64,000 nucleotides of DNA. It comes from a virus. The first letter of the stretch is position 1; every line of letters begins with the position of its first letter. Positions 29,168 through 39,030 of the stretch are shown here, in pieces. Where the stretch lies: positions 14,159 to 78,158 of IMG/VR virus record IMGVR_UViG_3300013006_001433; one strand, written 5' to 3'. The notes under the pieces were generated by a model. It saw only the letters and a program-made list of their open reading frames with translations. It did not search any database and had not been told where the DNA came from. Position numbers and translations under genes: made by a program.

Positions 29168-31089
29168 TGTCTAGAAAAAAGAAATTTTTATATCATTCTG
29201 ATTTTGCTTTAGCCAAAACAGGTTTCGGTAGAGTTTCTAAATCTCTATTAACTTATCTGTATAAAACTGGTAAATATGATATCGTACATTATTGCTGTGG
29301 CATGCAAGAAGGAAATCCAGATCTATTAAAGACTCCTTGGAAATCTTTAGGCACTCTTCCAAATTCTCCAGCAGAAATAGAACAATTAAATAAAGACCCA
29401 AACCAAGCTAGAATGGCGAGCTATGGTTCATATTATATAGATAAAGTAATAGAACAAGAAAAACCAGATGTTTATATTGCTGCTCAAGATATTTGGGGCG
29501 TAGATTACAGCATATCTAAGCCTTGGTTCAAAAAGATTAAATCTGCAATTTGGACTACGCTAGATTCTTTACCTATTCTACCTACCGCTGTAGCTTGCGC
29601 TCCAAAATTAAAACATTATTGGATTTGGAGCGATTTTGCAACAAAGGCTCTACATGAAATTGGACATAATCATATAGAGACAATGCATGGCCCGATTGAT
29701 GTCAACAATTTTTATAAATTATCAGAAGATGAAAGAAAAAATTTAAGAATTAAAAATAATATTTCTCCAAATGCTTTTATTGTTGGATTTGTTTTTAGAA
29801 ATCAACTTAGGAAAAGTATACCAAATTTATTAGAAGGCTATGCTCTGTGGAAAGCTAGAAATCCAGAAGTAAAGAACACGTATTTATTATTGCATACTCA
29901 TTGGTCAGAGGGTTGGAATATATATAAACTAGCAGATGAATATGGAGTGCCGAAGAACGAAATTTTAACAACTTATGTATGTAAGGTTTGTGGTAATTAT
30001 GAAGTTAAAAATTTTACGGGACAAGAATTGGATTGTAAATTTTGTGGCGCACAAAAAGCACAGATTACAACTAATGTTGGTCTTGGAATCTCAGAATCTC
30101 AACTTAATGAAATTTATAATTTAATGGATGTATATTGTCATCCATTTACAAGTGGAGGACAAGAAATACCCATTCAAGAAGCAAAACTTACAGAATTAAT
30201 TACTTTGGTTACAAATTATAGTTGTGGTGAAGAGATGTGTTATGAAGAAGCGAATTCTCTAGCTTTAGATTGGTCTGAATATAGAGAGCATGGAACTGAA
30301 TTTAGAAAAGCTTCTACTATGCCTAGCTCAATTGCAAAACAACTTCAAAAAGTTTGGAAAATGCCTATTCAAAAAAGAATAGAAATGGGTAAAGCTGCGA
30401 GAGAATGGACTATGAATCATTACTCTTCTGAGGTTATTGGCAAAAAATTTGAAGATTTTATTGATTCTGCAGAGTATATAGATTATAAAAATTTCTCAAT
30501 TCAAGCAGAAGACCAAGATCCACTTTTCAATGTTCCTAAAATAGATAATGATTCTGAATGGTTAAAATGTTTATATGCTAATATCTTAAAAAGACCAGAT
30601 GTAGACGAAAACGACGATGGCCATAAATACTGGATGCAAGAATTAGGAAAAGGCAAAAAACGAGAAGAGATTGAAAACTATTTTAGACAAGTAGCTTGGC
30701 AAGAGAATCAAAAAAATAAAAAAGTCAATTTTGAAGATCTTTTAGACAAAAATGATAAAGGCAAAAGAATATTATACGTTATTCCACAAGAAGAATCAGA
30801 CGTATTCTTAAGTACTAGTCTATTTCCTTCTATTAAAAATCTTTATCCAAACCATAATTTATATGTTGCCACAAAAAATGAATTTTTCGAAATATTAGAT
30901 GGCAATCCTAATGTTCATAAAGTAATACCTTTTGTTCCACAAATGGAAAATCAAATTTGGTGTGAAGGCAATAAAGATCACGAAGGTTATTTCGATATAG
31001 CATTTTTGCCCTACGTTGGAACACAAAAAATATTAAACTATTTACATAATGCTAAAGATAAAATTGAATTTGATATTAAGAACTTTTAA
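29167..31089 (+). CDS. multidomain glycosyltransferase (GT4-like with zinc-ribbon insert, helical module and GT9-like N-domain)
   Basis: TGFGRV, RNQLRK, CKVC...CKFC, SGGQEIPIQEA; later DVFLSTSLF...LYVAT...ILDGNPNVHKVI. Confidence 0.75.
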   Translation: MSRKKKFLYHSDFALAKTGFGRVSKSLLTYLYKTGKYDIVHYCCGMQEGNPDLLKTPWKSLGTLPNSPAEIEQLNKDPNQARMASYGSYYIDKVIEQEKPDVYIAAQDIWGVDYSISKPWFKKIKSAIWTTLDSLPILPTAVACAPKLKHYWIWSDFATKALHEIGHNHIETMHGPIDVNNFYKLSEDERKNLRIKNNISPNAFIVGFVFRNQLRKSIPNLLEGYALWKARNPEVKNTYLLLHTHWSEGWNIYKLADEYGVPKNEILTTYVCKVCGNYEVKNFTGQELDCKFCGAQKAQITTNVGLGISESQLNEIYNLMDVYCHPFTSGGQEIPIQEAKLTELITLVTNYSCGEEMCYEEANSLALDWSEYREHGTEFRKASTMPSSIAKQLQKVWKMPIQKRIEMGKAAREWTMNHYSSEVIGKKFEDFIDSAEYIDYKNFSIQAEDQDPLFNVPKIDNDSEWLKCLYANILKRPDVDENDDGHKYWMQELGKGKKREEIENYFRQVAWQENQKNKKVNFEDLLDKNDKGKRILYVIPQEESDVFLSTSLFPSIKNLYPNHNLYVATKNEFFEILDGNPNVHKVIPFVPQMENQIWCEGNKDHEGYFDIAFLPYVGTQKILNYLHNAKDKIEFDIKNF

Positions 31090-31097
31090 TATAAATT

Positions 31098-32252
31098 ATG
31101 CATACTTTAGAATCATTTGCAACATCTTGTGGAGTTAAAATCAATAGACCATATATTTATGAAAAATATTATCCATTAAATTTTGATAAATACATTATAT
31201 TAGATACAAACGATAACAAAGCCCCAGCTAAAAATTACGATTACTGGCAAGAAGTAGTTAATCTTATTCTTCCAGAATTAAATAAAGCTAATATTAAAAT
31301 ACTACAAACTTGTGCACAAAATGATCTAAAATTACTAAATGCTTATACAGTTATTGGCGAGACATATAATCAAAAAGCATATTTAATTAAAAATGCTCAA
31401 TTATACGCAGGTTCTAATAACTTTGGTATTCAACTAGCCTCTTATTTAAATAAGAAAACTGTAGCATTATATGGTAATATCTATGCTGCTCAAAATAAGC
31501 CTTATTGGAGTAAAGATCAGGACATTGTTCTTATTGAAGGATTTGAAAAAGGTAAGCCATCTTACGCTGCTCAAGAACAACCCAAATTAATTAACGAAAT
31601 TAAACCAGATAAAATTGCAGAAGCTATTCTCAATAAATTAGATATCAAGCCTAATGTAAAATATAAATTTACAAACATTGGATTAAATTTTAATACTAAA
31701 ACTATAGAGATGTTGCCAACAATGATAGTTAACACTCAGGCATTTAATGTTCCTCATATTATAGTTAGAATGGATTTACATTTTAGTGAAATTGTATTGG
31801 AAACAGAATTAGCGCAAAATAAATGTATTATCGTAACAGAAAAAAGTATATCAGAAGAGATAATCAAAAAGTATAGAGCAAACATTGTTCAAATCATCTA
31901 TAAAATAGACAAAGACAATAATCCAAACTTTATTAAATTATTAAAAAGTTTGAATATCCAATATGGGCTAATGTCCGATTTAGAGCAAGAAGAGATTGAT
32001 AAAATTAAAATAAATTATATGGATTTAGGTTTAATTATAAAAGCTCAAACCAAGACTAAAAAAGATTTTAATGTTAAAGGTAAATACTATAAAAGTAATC
32101 ATTTCATATTAAGTGATAATAAGTTATACATGAGCGAAGCTGCTGTGGAAAAAGATTTACCTATTAAAGATTTCAATGAAAATGTGCAAGAGATAATTGA
32201 TACAGATACATTTTGGAAATATGCACAAAATTATGCTTTTTTAGTTGACTAG
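31098..32252 (+). CDS. GT9-like (heptosyltransferase-like) C-terminal-domain protein
   Basis: KNYDYWQEVV, AYLIKNAQLYAG.N.F..QLA...K.TVALYG resembles the GT9 C-domain. Confidence 0.6.
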   Translation: MHTLESFATSCGVKINRPYIYEKYYPLNFDKYIILDTNDNKAPAKNYDYWQEVVNLILPELNKANIKILQTCAQNDLKLLNAYTVIGETYNQKAYLIKNAQLYAGSNNFGIQLASYLNKKTVALYGNIYAAQNKPYWSKDQDIVLIEGFEKGKPSYAAQEQPKLINEIKPDKIAEAILNKLDIKPNVKYKFTNIGLNFNTKTIEMLPTMIVNTQAFNVPHIIVRMDLHFSEIVLETELAQNKCIIVTEKSISEEIIKKYRANIVQIIYKIDKDNNPNFIKLLKSLNIQYGLMSDLEQEEIDKIKINYMDLGLIIKAQTKTKKDFNVKGKYYKSNHFILSDNKLYMSEAAVEKDLPIKDFNENVQEIIDTDTFWKYAQNYAFLVD

Positions 32253-32273
32253 TTTATATAAATAGACTATCAT
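32245..32273 (+). promoter_or_regulatory. sigma70-type promoter (predicted leaderless)
   Basis: TTGACT-17nt-TATCAT, then 7 nt, then ATG 32281. Confidence 0.75.
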
Positions 32274-32280
32274 ACTATTA

Positions 32281-33090
32281 ATGAGTCCAAAAATCAAACA
32301 ACAAGATCAAACTACCACCATCGGAAGTTCCGCTCTTTTCGATACAAATATTGTTCCAGAATTGGTTAGCGAACCAATATTAGAGGTAGTTCCACCAAAA
32401 CTTATTACTAGAAATAAGTATGGTTTAATTGAAGATAAAAATATCAATTATGTATATAATGATGACGCAACGATTAATTGGCGTAAAATGGTTAAACAAG
32501 AATATCTAGTACCAAATAGACAGAAAACTCAAGAAACAGATGTTTCTAAACTAGAAGATAAGAATTTGCTTATTCTTTTGGGTGGTATCAAAGAACTCGC
32601 TCAAATTAGAGGGTTTACTAGTGTCGAATATAAAGTAGTTGCAGCTAGTGAAAATTACTTTGCTACATCTTGTAAAATTACATGGATTCCTAATTATGAA
32701 ACAAGTGGTAGAGTTATCGAGTTTGAAGCTCTTGCTGATGCCACTTTAAATAATACAAAGAGTTTTGCTAGATTCTTTTTGGCAGCGATTGCAGAGAATA
32801 GAGCGTTTGTAAGATGTGTGCGTAATTTTCTAAAGATTAATATTGTGTCCCAAGAAGAACTTGGAGATGCTAAACTTTTAGAAGAAGCGGTTTCATCAAA
32901 TGAAAATCCAACTTCTCCTCAAGTACTACTTGAAAAAGTTATGAAAGATAAAAGTATATCATTTGAATATCTAAAAGAAAAACTTGTAAAAGAAAAGTTC
33001 GAAGGAGCAGAAAGTTTAAGCTGCGTTCAAGATATTCAAAAGTCTAAAATTTTTGAGCTGATTGATAGAATTAAAAAAATTAAGAAATAA
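32281..33090 (+). CDS. hypothetical protein, possible ssDNA-annealing protein (Rad52/Sak-like)
   Basis: LILLGGIKELAQIRG ... AIAENRAFVRCVR..L.I pattern resembles annealase cores. Last gene of the plus-strand arm. Confidence 0.45.
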   Translation: MSPKIKQQDQTTTIGSSALFDTNIVPELVSEPILEVVPPKLITRNKYGLIEDKNINYVYNDDATINWRKMVKQEYLVPNRQKTQETDVSKLEDKNLLILLGGIKELAQIRGFTSVEYKVVAASENYFATSCKITWIPNYETSGRVIEFEALADATLNNTKSFARFFLAAIAENRAFVRCVRNFLKINIVSQEELGDAKLLEEAVSSNENPTSPQVLLEKVMKDKSISFEYLKEKLVKEKFEGAESLSCVQDIQKSKIFELIDRIKKIKK

Positions 33091-33091
33091 T

Positions 33092-33949
33092 TTATAATCC
33101 AGAAAGTGCAGATATCAGAGTATTCACTCTAGCTTTCAACAAAGTCATATCCAAGTATTCTCCTATAGAATAAAAAGCTATTCTTGCTGGTACACATTCG
33201 CTAAGGCTATTATTTAGATTGGCCCGACCAAAAACTAAATAATTTGTTGTTGCATCTGGAGTTACACTTGCTACACTAGAAAATGTATAGCTTGATGATG
33301 CTGGAGAAGTAGTAAGTGGATAATACAGAGTATGTTGAGAAGTGCTATTTTTTGTAACACCATAGATACCTGCTACATGAGAAGAAGTTCCATAAGGAGT
33401 GAAAATTTGGCTTTGAGTGGTTCTAGCGCCCGCACCCATTCCCAATGCTCCAGAAGTAGCTTTAAAGAAAGCAATATGGGAAAGAGAAGTTGTTGGTGAT
33501 CTTGCCCCAATAAGATAATAATAAGTAGCATTTAGCGGAATAGTATTACTATGATGATATACTGATAAATGAAAATTATTTTGAGGATCTGCATTATGGG
33601 CTCTATTACTATTTAAATACTTAGTAGTACCATCACTTAAAAGACCAGTGCTTCTACTATAATCAGAAGATGTAAAAAAAAAGCTAGTTGGGGCAGTTCC
33701 TTTTAAGGGTACAAGAGCGCCATTTAAAGTTCTTGCGCCAGCAAGTATACAACAACTTTTTATAGCATCCCATATTCCATCGCTTTTGCATCCATCTATA
33801 AAATTATTAATAGCTGTTTTTACTGAAGACTCTAATGATTGACCATCAGCAGCCTCAACAGCAGCAATATATGTTGATGCTTCTGTTACAACAGAAATAG
33901 AATCTGAACGGCTTATAATTCCAAAAGAAACTGATGGTAATATTATCAT
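33092..33949 (-). CDS. putative tail-tip adhesin / receptor-binding protein
   Basis: ATGA-coupled to the gpJ-like gene. N-terminal peptide MIILPSVSFGIIS shared with 62330-63226. Helical N-domain then beta-sandwich-like region. Confidence 0.55.
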   Translation of the reverse strand: MIILPSVSFGIISRSDSISVVTEASTYIAAVEAADGQSLESSVKTAINNFIDGCKSDGIWDAIKSCCILAGARTLNGALVPLKGTAPTSFFFTSSDYSRSTGLLSDGTTKYLNSNRAHNADPQNNFHLSVYHHSNTIPLNATYYYLIGARSPTTSLSHIAFFKATSGALGMGAGARTTQSQIFTPYGTSSHVAGIYGVTKNSTSQHTLYYPLTTSPASSSYTFSSVASVTPDATTNYLVFGRANLNNSLSECVPARIAFYSIGEYLDMTLLKARVNTLISALSGL

Positions 33950-36900
33950 GCAGCTGTATTTCCGTACATTAAATATCCATTATTTCCTGTATGGAGTAGT
34001 GAAATTCCAGCGTATTGTCCTGCTGTTTTGTATTGATTATTGTAACTATTAATTAATACTCCCACTCCAGAACCAGTAATTTGAATTTGTCCTGCTCCAA
34101 TTTGAATTATTGTAGTGTTAAATCCTGTAATATTTCCACTTACTATTGTACCTGTAATTAATATAGCCGAATTTGCGAATATCATTCTTGCATTTTGTGT
34201 TCCAGTAATATTAAAATTAGCAGAAACATTTAAAAGGTCTGGCACAGCATTTATTATTTTTCCATTTTTAAAATCTATTCCAGAAGCAAATACGCCACTT
34301 CCACTAACATTTAAATTTCCACTTATTGTTAGATTTCCACTTATTCCTTGATCTCCAGTTATGTAAACTACAGAATTATTAAGTGCATTTGTTTGACTTT
34401 GTAATGAATTTCCTGTAGATATTAAATCACTAGCTAAAGCAATTCCACTATTATTCAAAGTTAAATTTCCAGAAGGCATGAAGTTTATATTATTACCAGT
34501 TATCACTACATCTCTTAAAATTCCAAGATTAGTTTGTTGAGCTCCAATGATTAAATTATTATTATTATTCCAACCAAAAACACCATATTCTCCAGTATTC
34601 GTACCAGTTTTATTGAACACTCTTAAGTTTTGTGGATTAGTACCACTAATAATATTTATTCCAGTTGTGAAGCTTTTTACTCCACCTATGTTTTGATTAC
34701 CAGTAGTAAAGACCGTTCTTCCACTTAAATTTGTTACTGCTGATTGTAAAGCAAATCCTGTTAGTATTAAATCTCCACTGACTTGATCTATTCCACTTTG
34801 CAAATAACCACTCATCGCTAGAATTTCTGAAGTATTGAAAACATTACTTAATGTGCCAGTTGCTGAAATTGGTCCATTAGTAGCCCAACTTAATGCTAAA
34901 ATTTGATTTGTTAATTTTCTATTGAATCTTACTCTATCTAAAGACACTTGATTTCCTGGATTTGGAAATCTAAAAAATGGATCTTGATCTAAAAATGTAT
35001 AATCTCTGTCATATCCAGTAAATGTTAACCATTCATTAATTAATGTATCGTAAGGCTTTATGTTAACGTAACCACTTTTAATAGGATTTCCATTATTAGA
35101 AAAAGATGAATTAGTTGAAAATACATCATCTGTTCCCATGTACATTTCTCTAACTTGAACTCCACTACTATATAATTCTGCTACCCAACTTTTAGTTTCG
35201 TCTGATAAAGCTTGATTTATGATTGAAGTGATATTCGCTTCTTGAAGCATGCTTTCTTTTGTTTCACTATAAAATACAAAACCGCCCTTAATATCAGGGT
35301 ATAAAGCTTTTAGTCCTGGAGTAGATAAATTAAAATTATTATCTGCAGTAATACCTACATTAATACTATAATCACCACCTACAGGAGGTTTAAGATCAAA
35401 AGATACATTATCATTTTGAAAATATCCCACTAAATAACCATCTGCATTTGTAAATCTATTAGAAGCTGGAGTTGATTGAGATGTCCATTTTCCTGCTGCG
35501 CCTGTTCGAGAATCTATAGCTATATAAAAACTGTTAATTGGTAAAGTAGCAAAAAAATTCAATCCACTATTGTTTGTATTATTTGGATATAGCGAATAAC
35601 TTATATTCGCCCCATTGTTTTCAGCAAATCCAGTAAATGTAGATGTATATATATTATTTTCAGAAAAAGTGCCAGTTATATAATCAATTCTAAATTCAAG
35701 ATCTTTTGCTTTCCAAGTTTTTAATAAAGGATATAAATTATTAATTCTCCAAGCTAAATTTATTCCATAATCTCTAAACTTATTTGCAGTAAGTAAATTT
35801 GAATTTACACCACTTAAGCTATCAAGGGTTGTTGAATATTCAAAATTACTTAATGTAATAAAATTTGTAGCATCATTTAAATTTGCATTTAAAAAAGTTA
35901 TAGGATTAGGGGATCCAGCAAGATAACCATTTGAAATATATCCATAACTATTTAATCCATAAGCTCTAAAATAATAATCTCCATTCACCGCATCTAGTCC
36001 AAAAGAAGAAGATGGATTTGTAACTACTATTGAGCCAATTTGAAAATCGTTTTTTGGAGCTTGTATTGAGTTTCCTTGATTGTTATAAAAAACAGTAGTA
36101 AGATCACCAGCATTAAAATCACTACCAGTCTTAGCAAAAATTTTCCAATAGGTCGTTTCTCTTGCTCCTGGTCCACTAGTTGGTTGAGTTTGAGCTCCAA
36201 TTACTCCACTTATTCTTAATTGATTTGTATACGAAGTTAAGTTAAAAGAAGAGGGTGTTCCTGCATCAAGAATTGTTGTGCTTCCAGGATCTACTACTGG
36301 AGCTTCTGAAAGAGAAATTCCAGATTCAATTGATGAATATTTAGAAGGATTGTATTCAATTGCATTAATATTAAACTTATGAGATTCATTTTCTGTTATA
36401 CTTATTACTTTAAATAATTCAGTTTCTGGAGTTAGATAAAAATTACCTGCACTACCAGTTTGTTCAATAGTCCAAACGGTTCCAGTTGTTAAAGCGTAGT
36501 TAGTTGTGTCGAATAATTTATTACAAGTAAGTCTTGTTATTGCTCTGTCTGGAGTAGGGTTATATCCAGAAATTCCACTTATATTGTTTATAGAAAATAA
36601 GCCAGTTTGTATTTCGGATCTTTGATATCCAGTAAGAAAATCATTAAAAGTTGTTCCAGTAGTTTTATGCGTAGGAGTTAAAATATTAAATTTATATTGC
36701 GGAGCAGAAACACCATTTAAATAACCAGTTAAATCTGAATATGATTGATCTAGAATAAATTCGTGAGAAGATGGTGTGGTTTTAATTCCTAAAATTCTTC
36801 CACCTAATCGATCTACTGTTCTATTACTATCCTGAATTTTCACTATATCTCCAGGATTTAAATATAAAGCATCATATCCTACTGTAAAATTAACTGTTTC

Positions 36901-39027
36901 TGTTTCATATTGCTCACTAGCTAACGCCCATTTTCCAATTCTATAAGCTTGACCGCGACTCGTACATCCAAAAGCAGTAATTTCAATTTTTCTAACTCCA
37001 TATTTTCTTAAACCTTCTGGATCTTCTGCGTATTCTATAGTTGGTTTTGCGAAATTAGACATATCATTCCATCTAACTACTGCAACAGTATTTCTTACTT
37101 TTCTACTGCTACTTGAATAAATAAATTCTCCATTTTCTACACTACTATTAGTAAATAAAGTCGATGCCTCTTTTGGCATATCTGCTGTAGCGTATATTAA
37201 TCCATTAGCATAATAAGATAACCCTCTAAAAATACTTGCAAAATCATTTATCAAAGTAAATGCATCAGAGAAGTCGTTAATAACTGTATTACATGTAAAT
37301 CTTGGTTCTAGTCCTCCAATACTATATCCATCTGAAACAAGAGTGTCGCAGTATCTCGCAATTTGATAAAGATTCCATTTGTCAACATCATAATTTTTAA
37401 TATACTTTCCTAATCCATATCTACTATTCGTGAGTAAGTCGTAATAACACCAAGCTGGATTATCTGTCCAATATAAACCTACAGGTAAGGACTGATGAGA
37501 AACATCAGAAAATTGACCATCCCAATCTCCATTGTATGTTTTTCTAATTGGATCGTAATTACTTGGTATTTTTACTTTTAATAATCTAACATCATAAGCC
37601 CTTGGTGGAACTTGACTAAAGTATTCAGTAGTAAATAAACTTTTAAACATTGCAACTTTTGGATATATAAATTTTTCTGCAAAAATTTCAGTAATAGTTG
37701 CTACACTAGCAACATCTCTTAAATTTATAACTTTAGATTCTGCAGATGTTCTAGTAATCTCTACTCTCCAACCGAGAAAGGAAGATTCTTCTGTATTTAT
37801 ATTATAAAAAGAAGAAACATCAAAATCAAATCTATGTAAAAATCCACTCGTTACTTTACCAGAACTAGAATCATCTCTATTTATAACTAAATTTTCAGAA
37901 AATCCAGATGAACTATTGTAACTTAATTTTTTAATTTTAAAATTATAAGTGATTGTTCTATCTCGAATATCACCAATTGTTGTGGATTGTTTATAGCCTC
38001 CAGGATAATCAGCTCGATCTAAATTAGGATCATTTTGTTGGTCATATAAAGAGTCAATTTTAATTGCTACAATAATTTTATTTACATTTTTTGATCTTAA
38101 ATCAATTACTTTCTTAAAATCCGATCCATATCTTAAAGGTTCATTAATATTTAATGTTCGTGAAGCATAAGGTAAGGAATCATAGGTATTTGTAGGCGTT
38201 AAACTACCCAAATTACTTTGCAAAAAATTGGCAGTTGTTTGAGTTCCATAATCTGCTCTAAAATTAATAGATGTATAATTAAAATTTCCTGCATCATCAA
38301 TTAATGGAACTTGCTTCCAATAAACTGATCTTAATTGTGGATTGCTTCCAGCGTAAGAAGCAAAATTCGCGGTTGTCCATCCTACATTTCCAAGCGTACC
38401 ATTATAACTATAACTACCAGACACTAAACCTTCGATTGGTCCTTCGCAAACTAAATCTGAAACTTCTGTTTCTGTTCTTGAAAGTTTTTTTGCTCCCTCT
38501 ACAACAACACCTTCTTCAGCTTCTACTGGAGTGTGAGGTGGAGGCGGAGGCGGAGGAGGCGGTGGTGGTGGAGGTGATCTTCCTCCTTTGTTATGCACAA
38601 ATATATCTTCTGCAATATAAGTATTATATTTTTCTACAGTAAAATTATAAACAGTAGAATCATTATTGATAATTTCTATATGATCTATTTTTATTCTTTC
38701 ACCAAATCTATCTACAATCAAATCATCTGTAGTAAAATTTGCAATTTCAATAAATTCATTATTTTGATTTAAAAAAGGATGGTTTGGAGTAGTTCGAATT
38801 TTTTTATCTTTAAAAAATACATCAATAACTTTTTCATTATTATGTATGAAAACATTTTCAACTGTACTAATTTTTATAGATAAATCTTTATCAAAACAAA
38901 ATACTGAATCTCCAATTTTAATATCTTCAATATTTTTATATCCAAAAGGTGTATATATTTTTGTTCCAGCGACAAAACATCCTGCGCCTTTAATTAATTC
39001 ATTAGGTAAAATATATTTTTTACTCAT
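33946..39027 (-). CDS. central tail tip/host-specificity protein (lambda gpJ-like) with N-terminal Hint domain and C-terminal fibre region
   Basis: CEGPIEG, WTDNPAWCYYDLLTN.RYG, EPRFTCN, AFGCTSRGQA.R.G.W, PGD.V.I.D. Last gene of the M-L-I-J block. Confidence 0.92.
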   Translation of the reverse strand: MSKKYILPNELIKGAGCFVAGTKIYTPFGYKNIEDIKIGDSVFCFDKDLSIKISTVENVFIHNNEKVIDVFFKDKKIRTTPNHPFLNQNNEFIEIANFTTDDLIVDRFGERIKIDHIEIINNDSTVYNFTVEKYNTYIAEDIFVHNKGGRSPPPPPPPPPPPPPHTPVEAEEGVVVEGAKKLSRTETEVSDLVCEGPIEGLVSGSYSYNGTLGNVGWTTANFASYAGSNPQLRSVYWKQVPLIDDAGNFNYTSINFRADYGTQTTANFLQSNLGSLTPTNTYDSLPYASRTLNINEPLRYGSDFKKVIDLRSKNVNKIIVAIKIDSLYDQQNDPNLDRADYPGGYKQSTTIGDIRDRTITYNFKIKKLSYNSSSGFSENLVINRDDSSSGKVTSGFLHRFDFDVSSFYNINTEESSFLGWRVEITRTSAESKVINLRDVASVATITEIFAEKFIYPKVAMFKSLFTTEYFSQVPPRAYDVRLLKVKIPSNYDPIRKTYNGDWDGQFSDVSHQSLPVGLYWTDNPAWCYYDLLTNSRYGLGKYIKNYDVDKWNLYQIARYCDTLVSDGYSIGGLEPRFTCNTVINDFSDAFTLINDFASIFRGLSYYANGLIYATADMPKEASTLFTNSSVENGEFIYSSSSRKVRNTVAVVRWNDMSNFAKPTIEYAEDPEGLRKYGVRKIEITAFGCTSRGQAYRIGKWALASEQYETETVNFTVGYDALYLNPGDIVKIQDSNRTVDRLGGRILGIKTTPSSHEFILDQSYSDLTGYLNGVSAPQYKFNILTPTHKTTGTTFNDFLTGYQRSEIQTGLFSINNISGISGYNPTPDRAITRLTCNKLFDTTNYALTTGTVWTIEQTGSAGNFYLTPETELFKVISITENESHKFNINAIEYNPSKYSSIESGISLSEAPVVDPGSTTILDAGTPSSFNLTSYTNQLRISGVIGAQTQPTSGPGARETTYWKIFAKTGSDFNAGDLTTVFYNNQGNSIQAPKNDFQIGSIVVTNPSSSFGLDAVNGDYYFRAYGLNSYGYISNGYLAGSPNPITFLNANLNDATNFITLSNFEYSTTLDSLSGVNSNLLTANKFRDYGINLAWRINNLYPLLKTWKAKDLEFRIDYITGTFSENNIYTSTFTGFAENNGANISYSLYPNNTNNSGLNFFATLPINSFYIAIDSRTGAAGKWTSQSTPASNRFTNADGYLVGYFQNDNVSFDLKPPVGGDYSINVGITADNNFNLSTPGLKALYPDIKGGFVFYSETKESMLQEANITSIINQALSDETKSWVAELYSSGVQVREMYMGTDDVFSTNSSFSNNGNPIKSGYVNIKPYDTLINEWLTFTGYDRDYTFLDQDPFFRFPNPGNQVSLDRVRFNRKLTNQILALSWATNGPISATGTLSNVFNTSEILAMSGYLQSGIDQVSGDLILTGFALQSAVTNLSGRTVFTTGNQNIGGVKSFTTGINIISGTNPQNLRVFNKTGTNTGEYGVFGWNNNNNLIIGAQQTNLGILRDVVITGNNINFMPSGNLTLNNSGIALASDLISTGNSLQSQTNALNNSVVYITGDQGISGNLTISGNLNVSGSGVFASGIDFKNGKIINAVPDLLNVSANFNITGTQNARMIFANSAILITGTIVSGNITGFNTTIIQIGAGQIQITGSGVGVLINSYNNQYKTAGQYAGISLLHTGNNGYLMYGNTAA
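38536..38574 (-). repeat. 13-codon poly-proline tract
   Basis: 13 consecutive CCN codons following Hint-KGGRS. Confidence 0.95.
38590..38979 (-). other. Hint (intein/BIL-like) domain, 130 aa, no homing endonuclease
   Basis: Block A CFVAGT, block B TPNHPF, block F VYNFTV...TYIA, block G VHN. The +1 residue is Lys. Confidence 0.9.
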
Positions 39028-39030
39028 ATA

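Noticed and set aside
33946-34310. DGR template/variable repeat pair with 63223-63580
   Set aside because: Differences are not adenine-specific, both copies are coding and there is no RT gene.
38590-38979. Mobile intein with homing endonuclease
   Set aside because: Only 130 aa, no LAGLIDADG/HNH insert and no +1 nucleophile.
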